Below are positions 22,740 through 36,090 of a DNA stretch of 42,094 nt, piece by piece. Position numbers and translations under genes: made by a program. Origin of the DNA: Callorhinchus milii (taxonomy: Eukaryota); assembly GCF_018977255.1 (NCBI RefSeq), contig NW_024705471.1, positions 1 to 42,094 on the forward strand. Direction: 5' to 3'. The notes beneath the pieces are model-generated. The model had not been told where the DNA came from, made no database searches, and saw nothing but the letters and a program-made list of their open reading frames with translations. Every line of letters begins with the position of its first letter. Position 1 is the stretch's first letter.

Positions 22740-23945
22740 GATCTACTGGTCATGTCAGTCTAACACCAGGAGTGGGTAAACTCCTGGAGACTATAATGCG
22801 GGACAGATTAAACCTTCGCTTAGAAGAATATGGGTTAATTAGGGACAGCCAGCATCGATTTTTTAAAGGTAAATCTTGTCTAACAAACCTAATAAAAATT
22901 TTCGATGAGGTAACGGAGAGGGTTGACAAAAGTAGTGCAATTGACGTTGTTCATATGGACTTTCAAAATGTATTTGACAAAGTGCACTTGAAAGATTTGC
23001 AAGAAAGATAGAAGCCCACGGTATAAAACGGAAAGTGGCAGCATGGATGCAGAACTGGATGGGAGACAGAAAGCAGAGTGTTGTGGTGAACGCTTGCTTT
23101 TCTGACTGGAGGAAAGTGTACAGTGGCGTCCCTCGGGGATCGGTATTAGGACCACTGCTCTTCTTAATATACATAAATGATCTGGACTTGGGTATAGCAA
23201 GCACTATTTCCAAGTTTGCGGACGACACCAAGTTAGGTAGGGTAGTAAACACTGAGTAGGATAGTAGCCAATTGCAGGAAGATATAGGCAGAATGGTAAC
23301 ATGGGCAGACACATGGAAAATGAGTGGAGAAATGTAAGGTAATGGATTTTGGTAGAAAGAAAGAGGGGAGGCAATATCGACTGGGTAATTCAATCTTAAG
23401 GGGGGTAAAAGAACAGAGAGACCTAGGGGTGCAGGAAAATTAATCTTTGAAGGTGACAGGACAGGTAGATAAAGTTGTACAAAGGGCATATGGTACAATA
23501 GGTGTTATATAGGGGCAGAGAATGCAAGAGTGAGGAGGTTATGATTTACCTATATAAAATATTGGTTGGACCTCAGTTAGAATAGTGCGCCCAGTTCTGG
23601 GCATCACACTCTATGAAGGATGTTAAGGCATTTGAATGGGTGCAGAGGAGATTTACAAGAATGGCACCAGGAATGAGCGACCTTGATTATGAGGAGAGGC
23701 TATTGAGGCTCGGATTATTCTCATTGAGGCAGAGAAGGTTTCGAGTAGACCAACTGGAGGTCTTCAAAATCATGAGGGGATTTGATAGGTTAGAAAGGGA
23801 AAACCTTTCCACTGGTGAGTGTGTCGTGAGTCGAGGTCACAAATTCAAAATATTCTCCAAACGAAAGAGAGGGGAGGTGAAGAATTTTTTTCACGCGGCG
23901 AGTTGTTCGAATGTGTAAGCATTTGAGGAGGACGGATTTGCAGGT
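22740..23945 (+). mobile_element. CR1-clade LINE fragment (reverse transcriptase to 3' end), decayed
   Basis: Translation gives QHRFFKGKSCLTNL, DFQNVFDKV, SGVPRGSVLGPLLFLIYINDL, SKFADDTKL and YEERLLRLGLFSL. Confidence 0.9.
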
Positions 23946-24010
23946 TATGGGGAAAGTGCTGGGGTGGGTCTGACATTAATCGCTCTATTCAAAGAGCCTT
24001 CACAAACTCG

Positions 24011-24226
24011 ATAATAATAATAATAATAATCCTTGCATTTATATAGCGCTTTTCACGTCGGGAGGACGTCCCAAAGCGCTTCACATAACACACTGTAAAG
24101 TGAATTGACTGTATTTTTGTGGGCGAACGCGGTAGCCAATTGCGCACAGCAATGTCCCACAAACAGTTGTAGATTGAAAATGACCAATTTATTATTGTTT
24201 TGGGTTTTTGAGGGATTATTATTAGG
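24011..24226 (-). mobile_element. 3' half of tRNA-derived Deu-type SINE
   Basis: Reverse complement matches 38980-39196, with a (TTA)n tail. Confidence 0.85.
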
Positions 24227-25689
24227 CTCTGTGTCGAGTAAGGAGAAGAAATAATGTGTAAATAAGAGTCGGAGGAGAAAGTCATTAATCTGTGACTGAA
24301 GAAAAGTATCAAGTCTTTATTCAAATTGATGGTAAGAGATTGTAAAAGGGTTGTGTTCTTACAACCATGTATTTCAGTTCTCTACTCACAAGTTTCTGCT
24401 CAACTGGTGACCAATGATGTCGACTACCTGATTGTTTCTTATCGCATGGAAATGCCTGTAATTTATATCAATTATCTACGTTTCCTAATTTTCTACCCTA
24501 AGCTCATGTATAGGTACTGACGTTAGAATGTTGACTGTCTGCTACGTATAATGTGACTAAACGTGTGACGTATATGTATACCGTGTCAAACAGGACATAG
24601 GATCTGCAGAACATCAATCTGAATTGATTAGAAGTCTCAGAATATTGTTGCGCAATAGGAGGAAACACCACAGTATAATGAATCCACTATAAAAAAAGTC
24701 AATCACTATCACAAGACATAAAACGTCGAAAGGTTAGCGTGCACTGTGACAGTCGATATTTTAGTGCTTGAGGAATTGTGGGTTACTGCGTTGCTTAATT
24801 GGGTACTGCAAATATATCCAAATATACCGTCAATTCACTTTTCCGGAAATTCTGTGAATCTTTGACTTCCAGAAGTCACGAAAAGCGCTATATCAAATGC
24901 ATGGATTACTATTTGTATTATTATTTAACAAGTCTCATTGCTGAAACATTTACGTTGAATAATATTCGTTAACAGCAACTTCTTTAAACACTACAGTTGA
25001 TTGAGTTATTCAGTGTCTTGTTAAAATTCTTCGTGAAGTAAATCATTTTCTGCCTTACAGTGCTTTTGATGTTGAGCAGTTAGTGTGTAACTGACTGACA
25101 AACACGAATCCAAGTTAGTTAGCATCGAAGTAAAGCCGAGGAGGCTTTCATTTAATTGTAGGAAGTTTATCATCGAACAATCAATTGAGTGCAACAAACC
25201 AGAATGGTTACACGGTGGTTTTCAAAATCATATTTTTAATCCTGATATATGATACAGTGCAAGTCATGTCGAGGGGACGCCTCAAATCGCTGGGCAGCAC
25301 ATATTGTAAACGTACTAGGAATTGCATACATCGCAGATCTTCATGGAAATCATTATCTCTGCCTATATCTTGTATCCCTAATTCCGTTGAGCTGTAGCCT
25401 CAGGTTCGCAGGAGTGCTACGAGCACTCAGTTTAATATTCCAAACCTTGTCAATGAAGGCACTGTTTGGCAAGTTTCTTGCCGAACACAGACAACCCTAT
25501 GCTTCAGGGCTTTAACTTAGTTTCTGCAAGATCGACTCTCTCGATCCCATTCAGCTCTTGATGTCCCTCTCGTTTGCACTGCCCAAGGAGGAATCCACTG
25601 TTAAATCACAGGAGGTCCGCCAGAACGGGTTTTGAACCATCCCGAGAACGACATCCATAAATACTTTGAGGAGCAAAACACAAGGTGAA

Positions 25690-26108
25690 CACAACAACAA
25701 CAACATTACATTTCTAGAGCACCTTTCAAGTCGGGAGGACGTCCCAAAGAGCTGAACAGTCAGGTATCGGGGCACGAACATGGGGAGGGATGGTGCAGGG
25801 ATGAGGGAAGGCGGAGAGGTGGGAGTACAACCAAAGTGCACGGTCGAAGAGAAGGGTCTTGACACCTGCCTTGAAGGAGGCAAGGGAGGAAGCGAGCGAG
25901 GGCACCGGGGGATGGAGTTCTAGGGTGTGGGGGCAGAGAGGCTGAAAGCCCGACCACCGATGTGAGGGCGGGTCGGGCGGGAGACATGGAGCAGACCGGA
26001 GCCCGCTGAAGGAAGGGAGTGGGCAGGTTGGTAGGGAGTCAGCAGTTCAGTGAGGTAGGAGGGGCAAGGCCATGGATGGCCTCAAAGGTGAGGACGAGGA
26101 TCTTGAAC
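25690..26108 (-). mobile_element. L2 LINE 3' fragment
   Basis: Same 3' end and (TTG)n tail as the element starting at 7001. Confidence 0.85.
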
Positions 26109-26931
26109 AAATCAGCTGCGTCAAAGTCACCATTAATTTTCTGACGCTCAGCTTTTGGTTCAATTGGACACAGCAGTTGTAACGGTTTTGCGTTGAAACT
26201 TTGAAGCAAAAATAACTTTAATTTCCAATGAAGGAACAGCTGAGGCAGCGTTTAGTCCACAAGGTTGGAATCAAGGGGATGATCTTGTTCGTGATATATT
26301 TCAATAAAGTATCTGTATGTTTGCTTATTACATAGTGAATTAGACCAAGATTGATTGTATACTATTAGTTCATCAAAAAAACGCAACATTTATTGAAACA
26401 TTCCCGAAAAGTTTAATCCTCTTCAGATAATAAGGTCTGTTCTTACTGAGCAACACTCCATTTCTTTCAGCAAAATACCACCTTTATATACAATTAGCTA
26501 AATTTCAAATGCCGACTGCTGATTCAAAGGTCTTTTTTCTAATTGCGTTGATACGCGCCACTTGTCCATCGACTCAAATGCTGAGGCTCTGGGATTGCTT
26601 GACGCGAGGAGTTTTGGGTGTAATGGACAATACTGATCTGTTTAACTGAATTTGTCATCTTACATTTTTGATATTACTGTAGAATTTATAAATAATAAAT
26701 TAAATAATCATTTTTTTAAAGATCGTTTATTCTAAAGAAACACTGGTAAACTCGCGCTCAAGAAAGAAATTAAGAACTTGTAACGCTGTTGAATTTATCG
26801 CTGCCAAATTAACCGAATTTCTACCTTATATTTTAGATACTACTGTAGAATTAATACATAATATGTTGAATAATCAAATTTAATTGAGATAATTTATTCC
26901 AAAATAAATGTTGGTGCCATGGCTGAAATGG

Positions 26932-27110
26932 TAACAACAACAACAAAAAATTACATTCCCATCGGGAGGAAGTTCCAAGTCGCTGGATAGTCAGGAGTCA
27001 GGACTCGAGCATGGGGAGGGATGGGATATGGATTGGGAAGGAAGGAAGAGAAATGGGAGGGCAACCGAAGGCACGATTGAAGAAAAGGATCTTGAGACCG
27101 GCCTTGAAGA
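26932..27110 (-). mobile_element. L2 LINE 3' tail fragment
   Basis: Matches 25690-25880. Confidence 0.7.
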
Positions 27111-27254
27111 TACATCACAATCTTCAATGAGAGTTAGACACAAATTACTGTATGTTTATATACTCAGTGTTACTTCTGCTTCTTTATGAAAAAAATAATT
27201 CCAGTTTTAGTTGCGCCGATAAAAAATGCCAATTCATGTTTCAATGGTTTAAGG

Positions 27255-28665
27255 ATTGCCCAAGATTCTCAGGAATCTGGGATGGTTTCCATTTGCTTGA
27301 AGGTCGAAAAAGTAACCCTGATTTTTAAGAAGCGAGGGGACAAAAAACTGGAGAATGCTTGTTTGATATTAGTGGTCGGAAAAATTCTGGAGCCCTCAAT
27401 TAATTGCATTATCGTTGGGCATTTAGAAAATCAAAACGACGGCGTCAGTATGGCTTTACGAAAAGGAAATTGTGGTTAAATATTTTTTTAGAGATGTTCG
27501 AGAATGCAACTAGCAAGTTAGACAGGGGGGAGCAAGTATGTGCGGTGTATTTGGATTTACAGAAGTCATTCGACAAGCGGCCGCATAATAGATTGCTCCA
27601 TAAGATGAGAGCTCATGGAATTAAAGGTAATGCACTGGCATGGATTCGAGAGTGGTCCACAGGAAGAAAACAACGAGTAGAGATAAATGGCTGCTTCTCA
27701 GACTGGAAGGATGTGACTAGTGGATTGCCACAAGGATCAGTGCTTAGGCCTCAATTAATTGCAGTCTATATGAATGATTTAGATGAGGGAATAGAACGTA
27801 TCGTATCTAAATTGGCGGACGATACGAAGATAAGTGGCAGAGCAAGCTATGAGGGTGGCACACGAAGAATGCAAAATGAAATAGAAAGTCGAGGTGAGTG
27901 TGCAAGAAGATGGCAGACGGAGAACAGGGGAAGAGATTTGGCGTGTTAATGTTCAGAGGGATTTTCGTGTCCTTGTACAACAATCACAGAAAGTTAGTAT
28001 GCAGGTAGAGCAAGCAATTAGAAAGGCTGATAGCATGTCAGCTTTTATGAAAAATTGACTTGAGGACAAGAGTAGGGATTACTTGCTACAATGATATAGG
28101 GTCCAGGTGAGACCGCACCCAGAATATTGTGTGCAGTTTTGGTCTGCTTATCTAAGAAAGGAATACACCCGCCGTAGAGTGGGTGCAACATAGGTTGTTT
28201 CCTGGGTGAGGGAGTTGTCCAACGAGGACATGTTGACTAGGCCTATATTCTCTAGAACACAGAAGAATTGGAGGTGGTCTTATGGAAACCTATAAGATTC
28301 TTAAGGATCTTGACAGTGCACATGTATTACGCGACTGTTTTCCTGGTTGGAGAACCTAAAACTGTAGTGTAATGGTATCCGAAATAAACATCATCCAGTT
28401 AGAACTGAGTTGAGAAAACATTTGTTCATTCAGAGTTTAGTGAATTTATGGAATTCACTAACCAAGTGCTGCCGGTGCTCAGTCATTGAACATATTGAAC
28501 TCTTACATCGATAGATTTTTACAAGTTATTGGGATTAAGGGATATGGGAACAGGGCGGGTAAACAGAACTAGGTTGGAATATGTGCCATGATCTTATCAA
28601 ATGGCGGGTCAGGCTCGATCGGCCGAATCGCCAACTCATGCGACTGTTTCTTATGTTCATATGTA
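27255..28665 (+). mobile_element. CR1 LINE 3' fragment with reverse transcriptase remnant
   Basis: Contains YLDLQKSFDK, SGLPQGSVLRP and SKLADDTKI, and a CR1-type tail TTCTTATGTTCATATGT at about 28648. Confidence 0.88.
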
Positions 28666-28679
28666 CTTGGGTTCTAACG

Positions 28680-29598
28680 AGCAATGGGAAGCATTCAACG
28701 AGGAAATAGTTCTCGGAAAGAACAAACTCTTTCCCACAAAAGGGAATGGTAGGGCATCTGGAATTTGGGATTAAAATAAAATAGAAAAAGGAGTCGTATG
28801 ATGAATATCACGTCTAAAATCCAGAAGATATTCAAACAGTATACAGAAAGTATAGAGGAGAAGAGAAAAATAATACATTTTGGGCAAATAGATTATATGA
28901 GATAAGATTATTGTGTAGACCAATGTTATTCTATAAGCATATAAAGAATAAAAGCTTACTCAAAGTTAGGTGGGTCCAATTAAGGACCACATGTAAATTC
29001 TTCTTGTGGAGGCAGAGGACATTGCTGACGTATCGAATGTGTACTTTGCATCTATCGTCCCAAAATTTATGGATGCAGCCAATGCCACATTATCGGCGGA
29101 GGGTCTAAAGAAATTGGTTCAGATAAGAATAAACCGATTGGATGCAACATCGGTTTCTGAAGGAAGCAACGATGGAAATAAGGGAGGCTCTGACAGCAAT
29201 CTTTCATTCCTCCTTGGACACTTGGGTGTCGCTCGAAGACTGGAGGAAAGCAAATGTTACTTCCCTGTGCAGAAAAGCGCATGAGGATAAACCCAGGAAC
29301 TGCACGCCAGTTCGTTGAACATTAGTCGCGGGGAAATTTCTGGAGACTATAATCACGATAAGACACATCTTCACTGAGAAAAATATGGGTTAATAAAGGA
29401 CAACCAACTCGGATTTGTTAAAGGCAAATCATGGCTCGAAAAACATGATAGAGATTTGTGATGAAGTATCGCAGATAGTTGATGAAGGCAGTGCAATTGA
29501 TGTCGTTTGTATGGATTTTCAAAAAGCGTTTGATAAGGCGCCCCATAAGAGATTTGTAAGCGAATTAGATGGCCGCGATAATACAGGGTCAGGGGCAT
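28680..29598 (+). mobile_element. CR1 LINE internal fragment
   Basis: Contains EAEDIADVSNVYFAS and DEGSAIDVVCMDFQKAFDKAPH. Confidence 0.8.
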
Positions 29599-29894
29599 AA
29601 TTTTGAAAACTTCTATTAAGTCTCATTTTAACCATATCTGCGCCAGGGAGAATAAAACTGGCATCTCCAGTCTCTCGCCATTAGTTTCTGTGGTTCTGTG
29701 CTTTGAGCATTTGAAACGACATGGACGGCTGAGTGGAACAGAACTACATTTTACCTCATTCGACCGAAAATTGCCAAGCAATCTGTAGAAGTCCACCTAG
29801 ACAAGTAAATGGGACCTCATCTCAACTTCTCATTTGAAAAGACGGGAATGTGTCACGGGAACTTTAAACAGTAATGCAACACACATTTACAATT

Positions 29895-30330
29895 CTATAG
29901 CATCCTCACTTTGCGTATCGTCGCAATGCGCTTCACAGCTGTCCAGGCGAGCATTCGGTGGGAGTAGAGCAGCGTGGAGACTTGATTGATAAGGAAAACG
30001 ACGTCAAAAGAGACGAACGTTGAAGCGAAGAGCAGGTATGGGGCGCCATGTTGGCAGGTTTTTAGAAGATTCCAGAATAGTGGTGAGAAGGATCGTAGGT
30101 TCCATCTGTTTGAGAGAGGGGAGGGAAGAGATTCGAGCAGGAAGTGTAGTGAAAGGCTCATGAAGACCAGTGCGCGAAAGGTCACTGGTGGCAGAAGCTT
30201 GGATAATAGCTGGAGGACCGGGGGTCAGAGCAGGAGAACAAGTTCGCCATTGAGACACGGGTGTGACATATGCAAAGATGAGGTTCCGGTGGGCCCGAGT
30301 GGAAAGGTAGAGGCGTAGAAGGCCCATGTT
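29895..30330 (-). mobile_element. Old L2-like 3' fragment
   Basis: Composition and motifs resemble the other L2 3' ends in the window. Heavily decayed. Confidence 0.45.
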
Positions 30331-30714
30331 ACAGATTCGAAGTGATTCGAAGCACGACGTATGCGGGTTAAAGGATACTTATGGAGTCCAACAAGATATT
30401 CAGATTCTAAACCAACTGCACCAGGGCTGCACTAATGATACACACGCACCAATCGTGTCTTGAGCATCACTGGTTACGCTGAGCGGATCTGCACTCTCAG
30501 CCCTAGGATTTCCTGTGGGATTGGCATCCAAGACACAAAAAGAGAAGATCCGTATCTAATGTGTTGGTGTCAGAGCCGTGTATTATTTTACAAGTTGTTT
30601 CAAATGTTTTATAGATATCCGATTTGGAGATGATTTCCAACTTGTTCCCTCACCCGGTCCTCCCCTTGTTTTCCCAAAACCCGTCCCCCTACACAAACAG
30701 TCTCCGCAACCGCA

Positions 30715-32432
30715 CCCAACCAACTCCACCCCACCTTGATTTTCGCCTCGACCAACCATTCCTCTTGTTCATAACTCTCCTCGTTACTATTCGCCTCGTT
30801 GTTCAGCCACGACACGCAGACATTCTGGAATATTCTCGATCAAACACAACGTCATCCGCCACCCTTCCGCATCGTCAGGTCGCAACTGATGACCTTCCCC
30901 TTTGATCATGCTGACAGTTACCTTCCAAACTCTCTCCAGCTCAGCATCAGGCCCCGTCACTCCTAAGCGCTCTGGGCCCTATCCTGCGTAACTGGCGCTA
31001 AAATAATACACGTGTTGTTTATTGTTGCTACCGGATCCCCTTCCACGTTGCTTGCCTTCTTGTTGTTATTGTTGTTGTTGTTGATAGGGATTGTATAGGG
31101 CAGTAACAGATAAACTACTTCTATTCGGATAATCCATAACAAGGGGATTCATTTTAAGATTAGACCTAGGCCACGTCGGAATCAAACCCGGAAGCTATTT
31201 TTTTCGCTCAAAGGTACAAAATCTCTCCCCCAAAAGACTGTGTATTGTTTGGATTTACGATCTCTGAATGCGAAATATGACCCAGCTATCAAAATTGGTG
31301 TAACAGAATTTATTAATAAACAATAGTTAAAACACAAGCAATTACAAAATTAACGTCATACTATTATTTCAGATGATCCTCTAACACCTGTGAGCAGATA
31401 GTGGCAGCAACTTAATATCCCGTATCACTCTGACGCCATTGGCTACTACTCAGAGTACTAGAAAACCTCTTTATTATACCTCATCTAATATAAGCTTGTT
31501 ATGTACATATGGATTCAATGCTGCACTCAATCATGGCCCTACTATTCTAATTATTGTCTTTTTCACCCGAGTCCTGATTTGTTTCGTCAAAACACGAAAT
31601 GCTGCAGATGCAGGAATCTAAAACAAAAATAATGACCATATCAGCTCACATTCCCCCTTCACTATCTTTCTGTTACCAGAAGATTTATCTTCTGCTTTAT
31701 TACAAACATCACCCCAGATACCCTTTGCCAATCTCTGGTGAGTTACGTGTTCTGCACTAATAAAACCTCTTCTCCCCAGTTTTTGTTCACCCCACTCACC
31801 CCTTTTCTTGTACAGACCCTCCTTTTGCTTTACGCCACTTCCTTTGGCAACTTGCCATGTCCCCGCATAGATGTAACGCCTACCCTTTCTCCTCCTCCCA
31901 GACCACTCTCCAAGGCCCCATCCACAGGTTCCACGTAAGACAGCGGTTTACCTGCATTACCACCATTTTCGACGACTGAATCCGATGCTCGCGGTGTGCT
32001 CTCCTCTATAATGGGGTGACTTAGCGCAGATTCGGTGACGGATTTGTTGAACACCTCCGTTTTGTTCGCAAGGTCAACCCTGATCTGTCTGTCTCTTTCC
32101 AATTCAACTCACAGTCCCATTCACAGTCTGAACCCTCCATCCTTGGTCTCCTTCGCTGTTCCAATGCTCCACAGCGAAAGCTTGAAGAACAGCGTCTTAT
32201 CTCTCTGCTCCAGATCCTACAGCACACTACTTTGACCTCTTGTTGTGTTTTTGCCGTCTTGCGCAGCCTCCACCCGCTCAAACGTTTCTTTGAAAATCTC
32301 TGCCAACATGCCAAAGATCTCACGAAGCGTCGTGGAACCGAAACGTTCACTCAATTACCATTGTCGACAGATGTTGCCTGACCTGTTGAGTTTCCCCAAC
32401 TCTCTCTGTTTATGTTTCCGATTCCAGCATCG
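30715..32432 (+). repeat. Inverted paralog of window 1227-3245
   Basis: Shares the Penelope insertion and about 850 bp of flank, for example GAATATTCCAGAATGTCTG at 3123 vs its reverse complement at about 30817-30835. Confidence 0.88.
31588..32432 (+). mobile_element. Penelope-like fragment, inverted paralog of 1227-2382, more decayed
   Basis: It has the same GIY-YIG remnant and terminal segments. The hammerhead core is mutated (CTCACGA at about 32319). Confidence 0.8.
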
Positions 32433-32439
32433 GTGACCA

Positions 32440-33395
32440 GGCCTTTTGTACAGAGATTCGGTGTATTATACAAAGATCAGGCTTGTTACACATGGACCAG
32501 GCAGATTATACCGTGACCAGAGGTGTTATAGCCACTAATGAAACCAATTGTACAATAACAATCTATGTATGCTCACTTACTGGCTGACAACCAATTGATC
32601 AAAACTACGGAGCGCTGCGTTCAACGGTGGAGACGACGGATAGTTATGGTTCATGAACTTCAGGAGGATAACCTCTTATCTGTCAGTAATTTTCTCTGTT
32701 GGAAAGTTTAGATAGTGAAGAGGAAAGGGACTAGAATGAATCTCCGAAGAACACCGTTTGTTTGGGAACAGCAGTAAAAGCAATTTGAAATTAAAGTAAC
32801 GCTGGAATAGGTCAGAGTGAAACTAGGATAGGACAGAATCTTGAAGGCGGAGAATAGAGCTGATAGTGTAGAAAATTGTGGAAGACCAGCAAAGAGATTC
32901 AGAGATCAAGGAGGCAGAGAAGTCCTGTTCGCAAGTGGAGTTCACTGGTAACTGTCACAAAGGCAGTCGGTGCTGTGCATTGAGGAATGATTGCATTGGA
33001 GGGGCTCATGCAGGGAAGGAAGCTTTATAAAAGCTTGAAGTTAAATAAAGGAAACAATGAATCCAGAGTCACAAGCTTCCCGGTTGTTTTATTTCTGGTG
33101 ACTGAATATTTTTGTACACACACACTGCACCGGTAGTTCTTATATCAAAAGTGAAATTATGTTATTCAAATTTGATGTTATATATAGTTTCACCGATGAC
33201 TGTCATCACTGTGCCTGACAGATGCAGAAACCCATCATTCTGCTTATGTGTTTCAACGCAGACACCAACGGCACTAAATCATCCTTTTGTCTGCAATTAA
33301 ATGACGGTTTATCTTCAACAGACTCAGTTACTACAGTTTACAGCAAATGTTATGCATTGGTTCGTTATGCCTTTCAGATATGAAAAGTGCAATAC
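32440..33395 (+). repeat. Direct duplication, paralog of about 35990-37010
   Basis: Shared colinear blocks include CCAGAGTCACAAGCT, GGTAGTTCTTATATCAAAA, GATGCAGAAACCCATCATT and TCTTCAACAGACT. Confidence 0.85.
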
Positions 33396-34564
33396 TGAAC
33401 ACCCGGTTGTCTTTTAATAAGCATTCGCTTGCCCGGCTTTCCTTCCTGAGAGGATGAAGACCACGAATTATTAATGTCAGACGAGCCAGCGTTATTTGAC
33501 AGCAGCATTTTCGAGGGTAACAGCCGTCTCTGGGAACAAGGATTCTCCAACTCAGATCATGTTATCATGCACACGAAAGTGACCCTCACCAAATGACCTG
33601 TAACACATCATGCAAGGAGCTAGAGGGATTGTTGTGCAGGACACCTGGAGTAATTCAGTGCTGGTTTCGAATATCGCCCTGGAATCTCCAAACTTCACCT
33701 GAACCGACAAACGGGACTGGGTCAAACATCACAAACAATCTTTGATGCCCATCATCTGACATTGTATCCATCATCTTCTCCACACTACGATCAGTGTTGG
33801 AGACTACAAATATTATCCATTTAACTTCTCCAACTCTCCCTCTCCAGCGATTAGGCTTGTTACTGTCACTGTTACCAGTCTCCGCTTCATGGGGGTCATT
33901 GCTGGATGGGCAGCGATCTGGGGACACGACACCTCCACTCTGAATTTTCCCCGCAATGTATTAATTGTACTTGACAGCTTGTTGTAACTGGTTGAAATTT
34001 CTGGCTAAAATGACGCTTAATTCTGAATATAGGTTTAAATTTCTAAGTAGCAATTGAACATGTTTCGCATTTGTGGTACCTCTGTTAATAACGTTGCATC
34101 CTGGTCTGTTTGGGTCGTGGTTGTTTTTGCGATTCGCAGATATGTTTTTCTGTTATGTTTAACTGTGGTTCTTCAGTCCTTTCTTTTTGTTTGATGAGTC
34201 AAGAGATATATCCTTGGTGAGGAAGCTGGCTGTCTTGTCACTTTTAAAATATTATCTTTGCATCACATAAGGAAGCCTGTTTCCAGCCGGCAATGGCTGT
34301 TCAAACCATTGGAGGATCAACTCATCCAACCTTTCTGTTCTCGGCTGACAGGAACAAACAATGACGTTGCTGGACTGCAGCAAAGGAAAATGTCGCCTCG
34401 TTGTCAACACTTCTCGGTCAGAGCTTATATGTTAATTATTCAATCCGTATTATCAACCCAAAAATATATAAAGAACAACAAAAAATCAATTTTATTTACA
34501 ATCGTTTTCCACTCGTGAAAAATGTTTTATTTGGTCAGTCGCATATCTGATATACAAGGAAACC

Positions 34565-34782
34565 AATATAATAATAAACCTTGCATTCGATTTCGGGCTT
34601 TTCACGTCGGGAGGACGTCCCAAAGCGCTTTATAGAACACACTGTAAAGTGAATTGACTGTATATTTGTGGGCGGATGCGACAGCCAATGGCGCACAGCA
34701 ATGTCTCACGAACAGTCGTAGATTGAAAATGACCAATTTATCATTGTTTTGGGTTTTGAAGGGGTTATTATTATTATTATTA
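34565..34782 (-). mobile_element. 3' half of tRNA-derived Deu-type SINE
   Basis: Near copy of 24011-24226. Confidence 0.85.
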
Positions 34783-35249
34783 CAATCGCCAGGTTTATGA
34801 CTATTATACAAAGAACACGTTTCAGTACCACTCACACAGGTTAGCGTCCCAGAATGAAAATGACCAATTTTTCGATGAGTCTATGCTTCTGAAGAAAAAA
34901 TGGGAATCCGATAATCCATTTTCTTCTCTGTTTAACTCTAAGTGAGGATGAAGTTGATAATACCTCCATGTGAGTGTGACACATATGTGTTTATGTGTGC
35001 ATCTGAAAAAGCCTCTGTGTTTTGCTGGTGTTTGGGGCAAAATACATCTTCAAAAATTCTTTTTTAAAAAACAATGGTGTGGTCACACAATGCACATATG
35101 TTGGTGGGACAATGCTTTTTCCAATTGTGTATCGCATTTCCCCCATGTAATATGCAATCAATTTATTTTACAGTATATACTGTGAAGCTGTTTGAGATGT
35201 CTCGAAGAGATGATAATGCATTGTATCAAGCGCAGCGATTATTTTTATT

Positions 35250-36090
35250 ACAGCTAGACCAGACCTATTAAACAGAGACCGGACAGGTTATAAGGAGACC
35301 AGCCCTGTTATACAGAGACATCGCTTGTTGAATGGAGATAAGGCCTGTTGGACAGAGACCAGAAAGTTTGTAAAAAGTTGAGGCTTGTTATGAAGAGATC
35401 AAGCTTGATATGCAGAGACCAGGCTTTCCTTCTGAGACCAGGAATATGATAAGGAGCACAGCACCTGTTTTAAGTGATTATGCCTTTTGTACATAAACAA
35501 GCCTGTTACACATAGTCTAGGGCAGTTATACAGAAACCAGGCATTTTATCCAGTCAACAGGCCTGTTATGCAGAAACTAGGCCTGTTATACAGAAACCAG
35601 GCCTGCTTTACAGAAACCAGGCCTATCATACAGAAACGAGGCCTGTCATACAGAAACCAGGCTGTTATACAGAAACCATGCCTGCTTTCCAGAGACGAGG
35701 CCTGCACACAATGACCAGACCTGCTATGCAGAGGACACGCCTGTGATACAGAGACTAGGACTTTGGTACAGAGATCCAATCCGTTATACAGCAATCAGGC
35801 CTATAATAAAGAGAACCGACCTGTTATAGAGATACAAGTTACTTTACATGGACCAAAGCCTGTTATACAAAGACTAGGCCTGTTATACAGAGAACATGCT
35901 TGTTAAACTAAGTCCAGGCCTCTATTGCAGTAATCAGGCCTGTTGAACAGAAACCAATCCTGTTATACAGAGACCAAGCCTGTTGTACAGAAATCAGGCC
36001 CTGTTGTAAAGAGACTAGGCCTATTTTGCAGACAACCGACCTGATTTACAGGGACCAGGCAAGTTATATAGAGGCCAGATCTGTTATAGC
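35250..36090. repeat. Degenerate 20-bp minisatellite (consensus about CAGGCCTGTTATACAGAGAC), about 40 units
   Basis: AGGCCTGTTATACAGAAACC recurs with a 20-bp period. A short related array lies at about 32435-32530. Confidence 0.9.

Larger units (their letters stand above)
19510..23945 (-). repeat. Left arm of inverted segmental duplication containing gene B
   Basis: The reverse complement is colinear with 37327-42094 through the CR1, upstream region, both exons, intron and 3' flank. Confidence 0.9.

Noticed and set aside
26641..26916. About 110-bp AT-rich direct repeat with period about 167 bp
   Set aside because: Real but an old, degenerate local duplication with no sign of function.
35250..36090. 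Regularly spaced repeats as a CRISPR-like array (also 14556-14790)
   Set aside because: Head-to-tail degenerate units with no unique spacers, no cas genes, and vertebrate context.
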